From assembly GCA_965206745.1 (NCBI GenBank), contig OZ242220.1:608001-672000 (forward strand): 64,000 bases of DNA, in the 5' to 3' direction. This document shows positions 10,679-19,600 of this stretch, one piece after another. Below the pieces are notes generated by a model. That model did not search any database and was not told the origin of the DNA. It saw only the letters and a program-made list of their open reading frames with translations. The stretch comes from Nitrosopumilus sp. Its GTDB lineage: Archaea > Thermoproteota > Nitrososphaeria > Nitrososphaerales > Nitrosopumilaceae. The first letter of the stretch is position 1, and every line of letters starts with the position of its first letter. The position numbers and the translations under genes were made by a program.

Positions 10679-13600
10679 ATGAACGGGACATGGGGCATTA
10701 TATCTGTAATCTGCCTCGGCCTCTCTTTTGGTGTTATTCCCGCATTTGCACAAACCGATAACCCTATAATATTTCCCACTGCTTTTTCAGAATCTGACAG
10801 AACAGGTCACACACCTGACATATTCGTATTTCAATTTTCTCGAGCTGATCCGAGTAATGGTGCATGGCAAATCAGGAGCGATACTGATGGTTGTAGAATA
10901 CTTCCCCGCGATATTCACCCTCAGTCTGGAGTGTTCACCTGGCAAATACCTCTTCTATCTGAACCCACAACATGTGAGGTAACAGTAAGTCGCACTGGCA
11001 ATGATCCCACATCAAGACAATTTGAGTTGCATATCTATCGAACTATTGTACTGCCACGTGTAGATATAACTGAAGGCCAAGTACCTCCCAGTCTTTCAAC
11101 TATTATACCAAATTCTAATGAAGGTGTGCCAGACTCTGTATCGAAATATGAAATTACTCGACCTTCTGGTATTCACATACAAAGAAATGAGCAAGTAGAT
11201 TTATTTGCAGAAATGCTAGCGTCTCTAGATGAAGAAACCGGTGATTTTTCACGATCACTTGCATGTGATGCGATAAGAGATGGTCACGAATTTGCAGATT
11301 TTGACTTTCTTTTGAGATTTGAAGATAGTACTGATGTGACCTTTGGACTTGGTCTGATGAGAATAAGCAATGCTGAAAACTGTAATCAGAGGCCTACTTT
11401 CAGTCCGGAGTATGACGCAGATATATTCGTAGGTGATACAATTCCTTCCCTTGCTGACACAGTTAACAACCCTGATCATCCCTCCGACCCCATATCGAGA
11501 TATCGCATCACAGATAGAGGTTCTGAACCAAGTTTGCCTGATTACATTGTAGAGTCTCTGGATCCGAATACTGGTGAATTTTCAGCACCGTTTCTGTGTG
11601 CTTCAATTGGTAGCGATGTTCAAAGAGAGTTTAGTTTTGATTGGACATTTGCAGATGGCACCGGCGAATATGCTCAACCTGGCATGATAAGAGTGACTAA
11701 TGGTGATGCATGCACATTTGATCGAGCATATGCAGTAGAGCTGCTCGAAGGCCAAATACCTCCTCCTTTATCTGACTCTATTCCAAACTTTGAAGATCCA
11801 CAAGACCCTGCAACGGAATACAGCATCGATCAAGGGAATCTTTCGAACCCTTTGCCTGATTACATTGTAGAGTCTCTGAACCCAACAACCGGTGAATTTA
11901 CAGCACCGTTTGCATGTGACACACTTCCAAATTCAGACGGCGGATCTACTTCCCGAGTGCCCTTCGACTGGACCTTTGAAAATAGTGATGTAGATTCGGG
12001 GACTCAGCTAGGTTCTATGACCGTATTAGAAGATCTAAATTGTAATGACATACCTACTTTTACTCAGTATAGCTCGACAGTATCAGAAGGTGTCGTACCT
12101 CTTTCTCTTTCCAGTGCAGTTATAAATCCTGATCTGGTTCAGGGAGATCCTGTATCGGTATACAGAATCAAATCTGGAGACCTGCCTCAAAGTTTCATTG
12201 ATTCCCTGAATGCCAATAGTGAATTTGCAGATCATGGTACATTTGACTCATTCTCGTTTGATACTGTATCTACTCAACAAGGTTCCAGGGTCTTTGAGTT
12301 TGTTTGGACCTTTGAGGACGGCACCGGGGAATCAGGAAACCAGAACGGCATACTAACTGTAAATAACATGAACCGAGCACCGACAATAGATGATCCTATT
12401 TCAAATTTCCCTTCGTTTCTTCGTACAAATGAACTAGTATCCTTTCCCCTGATGGGCATTGATCCTGACGATGATACCCTAATCTGGGATATCTCCTCAC
12501 CTGACCTCGGAGCTAGCATTGACCAAGACGGAATATTCTCATGGACTCCACTAGAACAGCATGTCGGTATGAATGAATTCACATTTACCCTGACTGACTC
12601 TGTTTTAACTGCTGTTCCTCGATCTCATACATTTGATGTACGTATACCGCCTACCATTGTTGAATATCGAGAGACAGTATCGGAGAATGGCCCCATTCCT
12701 TCCCTATCAAGCGTAGTTACAAACCCTGATGCGAATCTTGCCGACGCTCCATCGATATATCGCATCAAATCTGGAAACCTGCCTGAATCTATCATGAATT
12801 CTCTTGAAAACAATGGTCGATTTGACACCACGTTCCCATTTAATACCACAAATAATGCACAAAGTTCCAGAGTCTTTGAGTTTGTTTGGACCTTTGAGGG
12901 CAATACTGGGGAATCAGGGAACCAGAACGGCAAAATTACTGTAACCAACTTCAACCGGCCACCTACCATACAACCTCCAAGTAATAACTTTCGAGTACAT
13001 GATGTTGATCAACACATAACATTTAACCTGACAGGCCATGATCCTGATACTGATACTGGCACAGGTGATCCTCCACCAATATGGGACGTATCAGATAATT
13101 CCATCATTGACACTGGTGCAATAATTCATCAGAACGGCACATTCTCGTGGATTTCAGATTCAAGGTTTGATGGTGAGGATCCATTTAGGTTTACATTCAC
13201 TCTGACTGATGTTGGCAACAAACAAGCAGAGACATTTGTTACCGTTCGTATAACTACTGATCCAATCATTGCACCTGACGGTTCCTCAACTGAGACAGAA
13301 GGTAACCTAGTAAGCACTCAATTTGGAGAAGACGGCCCAGGCCCCAGAACCTGTACCACTGATTCCATACTGCCTGAAAGTCTCACACTTACAGTTACTA
13401 ATCGTAGTACTAAATGTATCCTAACTGGGACTCTAAGCCTTGATGCCATAACTAACGGTTTGACATCGCAGGAATTTCCAATAGTATACATAACAAACAC
13501 CACTGGCATCTTTGCTTCAGGTACACATACCCTGACAGTCAAGGAACTGCCTTTATTTGATTCCTACGAAGAGACAGTAGCAGAAGGTGATACTCTTCCA

Positions 13601-16600
13601 TCTTTGTATAGTACAGTTATAGATCCTGATCTGATTCCAGAAACTATCTCCGGATATACAGTCAGAGACGGCAACCTGCCTCCTTACATTACAGATCTTT
13701 TGAATCCTGTCACCGGCGAATTTGATGGCACCATTCCATTTGATGCTGTAACCTCTGCACAAGGTTTTGTAACCTTTGACTTTGATTGGATATTTACAGA
13801 TGGCATTGGATCATCAGGGATGCAGTCTGGTACCATAACTGTAACCAACACCAACCGGCCCCCGACAATCAATACAGGTCAAGATGATGTTGGTACAACA
13901 CGTGATGAGCACGAACTGGTAATGTTTACCCTGGATGGTTCTGATGATGATACTGCCACAGGCGATGATCCACCGATATGGCGCGTATCATCTGCTGACA
14001 CTGCCGCTAATGACAATGCAACGATTATGGACAATAGGGACTTTCGGTGGACTCCAGATGACAGTCACGGCAGCAGCACAATCACATTTACATTCACTCT
14101 GGATGATTCTGTAGCTGAGCCGGTCACTCGAAATATCAAATTTGATGTGCGAGAGGTAAACATACGGCCAACCCTGTCTGAACCATACTTTGTTAATGTC
14201 ACCGAGGGAGGTGAGATATCTCGTTCCCTCTCAGATGTGATTGTTGATCCCGACGAGATTCCGTCAACTATCATGATGTATGGACTAGCATCTGACCAAA
14301 CACTGCCTCTTGGCATAATGCTAAACTCTGATGGATCATTTTCAGGAACTGTATCACGTGATGCGACAACTGCTACAGACTCGCCACAAATTTATGAGTT
14401 CGACTATACATACGATGATGGTACAATCCCACCTTTCTCTAGTACCGGCATGATAAATGTGACCAACGCCAACCAACTACCCATAATAGATCCTATCACG
14501 GGCATCAACACAGAACCCCATGTGGGAGAGACAGTAGAGTATAACCTGAGAGGTACTGATCCTGACGATGATGTCACAATCTGGGGTATCTCCTCACCTG
14601 ACCTCGGGGCTACCATTGACCAAGACGGAATGTTCTCATGGACTCCACGTGAAGAGCATGCAAATATGCAAGTACTAACGTTCACCCTGACAGACTCTAT
14701 AGACCTGCCTGTCACAGCTCCTGTCACCTTTACAGTCAACCCAAATAATCTGCCGACATTTACCAGTTACACCCAAACAGTATCTGAAGGCCAAACACCT
14801 CTTTCTCTTTCCAGTGCAGTTACAAACCCTGAGGAGAGTTCACCAGACCCCGTATCCATATACGAAATCATACCCGGAGTCCTGCCTGACTCCATCATGA
14901 ATTCCCTATACCCAAACAACGGCTCGTTTGACAGTCCCGTCCCATTTGAAACACTGCCTGCCGGGACTGATTCCATGACCTACGAGTTCCAGTGGACATT
15001 TACAGACGGCACCGGACCATCAGGGAACCAGGACGGCACACTAACTGTAACCAACACCAACCGGCCCCCGACAATAGATCCTATCATCGGCATCAACACA
15101 GAGCCGCATGTGGGGGAGACAGTAGAGTATAACCTGAGAGGTACTGATCCTGACGATGATGTCACAATCTGGGGTATCTCCTCACCTGACCTCGGAGCTA
15201 CCATTGACCAAGACGGAATGTTCTCATGGACTCCACGTGAAGAGCATGCAAATATGCAAGTACTAACGTTCACCCTGACAGACTCTATAGACCTGCCTGT
15301 CACAGCTCCTGTCACCTTTACAGTCAACCCAAATAATCTGCCGACATTTACCAGTTACACCCAAACAGTATCTGAAGGCCAAACACCTCTTTCTCTTTCC
15401 AGTGCAGTTACAAACCCTGAGGAGAGTTCACCAGACCCCGTATCCATATACGAAATCATACCCGGAGTCCTGCCTGACTCCATCATGGGTTCCCTATACC
15501 CAAACAACGGCTCGTTTGACAGTCCCGTCCCATTTGAAACACTGCCTGCCGGGACTGATTCCATGACCTACGAGTTCCAGTGGACATTTACAGACGGCAC
15601 CGGACCATCAGGGAACCAGGACGGCACACTAACTGTAACCAACACCAACCGGCCCCCGACAATAGATCCTATCATCGGCATCAACACAGAGCCGCATGTG
15701 GGGGAGACGGTACTATTTGACCTGGAAGGCACTGATCCTGACGATGATGTCACAATCTGGGGTATCTCCTCACCTGACCTCGGAGCTACCATTGACCAAG
15801 ACGGAATGTTCTCATGGACTCCACGTGAAGAGCATGCAAATATGCAAGTACTAACGTTCACCCTGACAGACTCTATAGACCTGCCTGTCACAGCTCCTGT
15901 CACCTTTACAGTCAACCCAAATAATCTGCCGACATTTACCAGTTACACCCAAACAGTATCTGAAGGCCAAACACCTCTTTCTCTTTCCAGTGCAGTTACA
16001 AACCCTGAGGAGAGTTCACCAGACCCCGTATCCATATACGAAATCATACCCGGAGTCCTGCCTGACTCCATCATGGGTTCCCTATACCCAAACAACGGCT
16101 CGTTTGACAGTCCCGTCCCATTTGAAACACTGCCTGCCGGGACTGATTCCATGACCTACGAGTTCCAGTGGACATTTACAGACGGCACCGGACCATCAGG
16201 GAACCAGGACGGCACACTAACTGTAACCAACACCAACCGGCCCCCGACAATAGATCCTATCATCGGCATCAACACAGAGCCGCATGTGGGGGAGACGGTA
16301 CTATTTGACCTGGAAGGCACTGATCCTGACGATGATGTCACAATCTGGGGTATCTCCTCACCTGACCTCGGAGCTACCATTGACCAAGACGGAATGTTCT
16401 CATGGACTCCACGTGAAGAGCATGCAAATATGCAAGTACTAACGTTCACCCTGACAGACTCTATAGACCTGCCTGTCACAGCTCCTGTCACCTTTACAGT
16501 CAACCCAAATAATCTGCCGACATTTACCAGTTACACCCAAACAGTATCTGAAGGCCAAACACCTCTTTCTCTTTCCAGTGCAGTTACAAACCCTGAGGAG

Positions 16601-19600
16601 AGTTCACCAGACCCCGTATCCATATACGAAATCATACCCGGAGTCCTGCCTGACTCCATCATGGGTTCCCTATACCCAAACAACGGCTCGTTTGACAGTC
16701 CCGTCCCATTTGAAACACTGCCTGCCGGGACTGATTCCATGACCTACGAGTTCCAGTGGACATTTACAGACGGCACCGGACCATCAGGGAACCAGGACGG
16801 CACACTAACTGTAACCAACACCAACCGGCCCCCGACAATAGATCCTATCATCGGCATCAACACAGAGCCGCATGTGGGGGAGACGGTACTATTTGACCTG
16901 GAAGGCACTGATCCTGACGATGATGTCACAATCTGGGGTATCTCCTCACCTGACCTCGGAGCTACCATTGACCAAGACGGAATGTTCTCATGGACTCCAC
17001 GTGAAGAGCATGCAAATATGCAAGTACTAACGTTCACCCTGACAGACTCTATAGACCTGCCTGTCACAGCTCCTGTCACCTTTACAGTCAACCCAAATAA
17101 TCTGCCGACATTTACCAGTTACACCCAAACAGTATCTGAAGGCCAAACACCTCTTTCTCTTTCCAGTGCAGTTACAAACCCTGAGGAGAGTTCACCAGAC
17201 CCCGTATCCATATACGAAATCATACCCGGAGTCCTGCCTGACTCCATCATGGGTTCCCTATACCCAAACAACGGCTCGTTTGACAGTCCCGTCCCATTTG
17301 AAACACTGCCTGCCGGGACTGATTCCATGACCTACGAGTTCCAGTGGACATTTACAGACGGCACCGGACCATCAGGGAACCAGGACGGCACACTAACTGT
17401 AACCAACACCAACCGGCCCCCGACAATAGATCCTATCATCGGCATCAACACAGAGCCGCATGTGGGGGAGACGGTACTATTTGACCTGGAAGGCACTGAT
17501 CCTGACGATGATGTCACAATCTGGGGTATCTCCTCACCTGACCTCGGAGCTACCATTGACCAAGACGGAATGTTCTCATGGACTCCACGTGAAGAGCATG
17601 CAAATATGCAAGTACTAACGTTCACCCTGACAGACTCTATAGACCTGCCTGTCACAGCTCCTGTCACCTTTACAGTCAACCCAAATAATCTGCCGACATT
17701 TACCAGTTACACCCAAACAGTATCTGAAGGCCAAACACCTCTTTCTCTTTCCAGTGCAGTTACAAACCCTGAGGAGAGTTCACCAGACCCCGTATCCATA
17801 TACGAAATCATACCCGGAGTCCTGCCTGACTCCATCATGGGTTCCCTATACCCAAACAACGGCTCGTTTGACAGTCCCGTCCCATTTGAAACACTGCCTG
17901 CCGGGACTGATTCCATGACCTACGAGTTCCAGTGGACATTTACAGACGGCACCGGACCATCAGGGAACCAGGACGGCACACTAACTGTAACCAACACCAA
18001 CCGGCCCCCGACAATAGATCCTATCATCGGCATCAACACAGAGCCGCATGTGGGGGAGACGGTACTATTTGACCTGGAAGGCACTGATCCTGACGATGAT
18101 GTCACAATCTGGGGTATCTCCTCACCTGACCTCGGAGCTACCATTGACCAAGACGGAATGTTCTCATGGACTCCACGTGAAGAGCATGCAAATATGCAAG
18201 TACTAACGTTCACCCTGACAGACTCTATAGGCCCGCCTGTCACAGCTCCTGTCACCTTTACAGTCAACCCAAATAATCTGCCGACATTTACCAGTTACAC
18301 CCAAACAGTATCTGAAGGCCAAACACCTCTTTCTCTTTCCAGTGCAGTTACAAACCCTGAGGAGAGTTCACCAGACCCCGTATCCATATACGAAATCATA
18401 CCCGGAGTCCTGCCTGACTCCATCATGAATTCCCTATACCCAAACAACGGCTCGTTTGACAGTCCCGTCCCATTTGAAACACTGCCTGCCGGGACTGATT
18501 CCATGACCTACGAGTTCCAGTGGACATTTACAGACGGCACCGGACCATCAGGGAACCAGGACGGCACACTAACTGTAACCAACACCAACCGGCCCCCGAC
18601 AATAGATCCTATCATCGGCATCAACACAGAGCCGCATGTGGGGGAGACGGTACTATTTGACCTGGAAGGCACTGATCCTGACGATGATGTCACAATCTGG
18701 GGTATCTCCTCACCTGACCTCGGAGCTACCATTGACCAAGACGGAATGTTCTCATGGACTCCACGTGAAGAGCATGCAAATATGCAAGTACTAACGTTCA
18801 CCCTGACAGACTCTATAGACCTGCCTGTCACAGCTCCTGTCACCTTTACAGTCAACCCAAATAATCTGCCGACATTTACCAGTTACACCCAAACAGTATC
18901 TGAAGGCCAAACACCTCTTTCTCTTTCCAGTGCAGTTACAAACCCTGAGGAGAGTTCACCAGACCCCGTATCCATATACGAAATCATACCCGGAGTCCTG
19001 CCTGACTCCATCATGGGTTCCCTATACCCAAACAACGGCTCGTTTGACAGTCCCGTCCCATTTGAAACACTGCCTGCCGGGACTGATTCCATGACCTACG
19101 AGTTCCAGTGGACATTTACAGACGGCACCGGACCATCAGGGAACCAGGACGGCACACTAACTGTAACCAACACCAACCGGCCCCCGACAATAGATCCTAT
19201 CATCGGCATCAACACAGAGCCGCATGTGGGGGAGACGGTACTATTTGACCTGGAAGGCACTGATCCTGACGATGATGTCACAATCTGGGGTATCTCCTCA
19301 CCTGACCTCGGAGCTACCATTGACCAAGACGGAATGTTCTCATGGACTCCACGTGAAGAGCATGCAAATATGCAAGTACTAACGTTCACCCTGACAGACT
19401 CTATAGACCTGCCTGTCACAGCTCCTGTCACCTTTACAGTCAACCCAAATAATCTGCCGACATTTACCAGTTACACCCAAACAGTATCTGAAGGCCAAAC
19501 ACCTCTTTCTCTTTCCAGTGCAGTTACAAACCCTGAGGAGAGTTCACCAGACCCCGTATCCATATACGAAATCATACCCGGAGTCCTGCCTGACTCCATC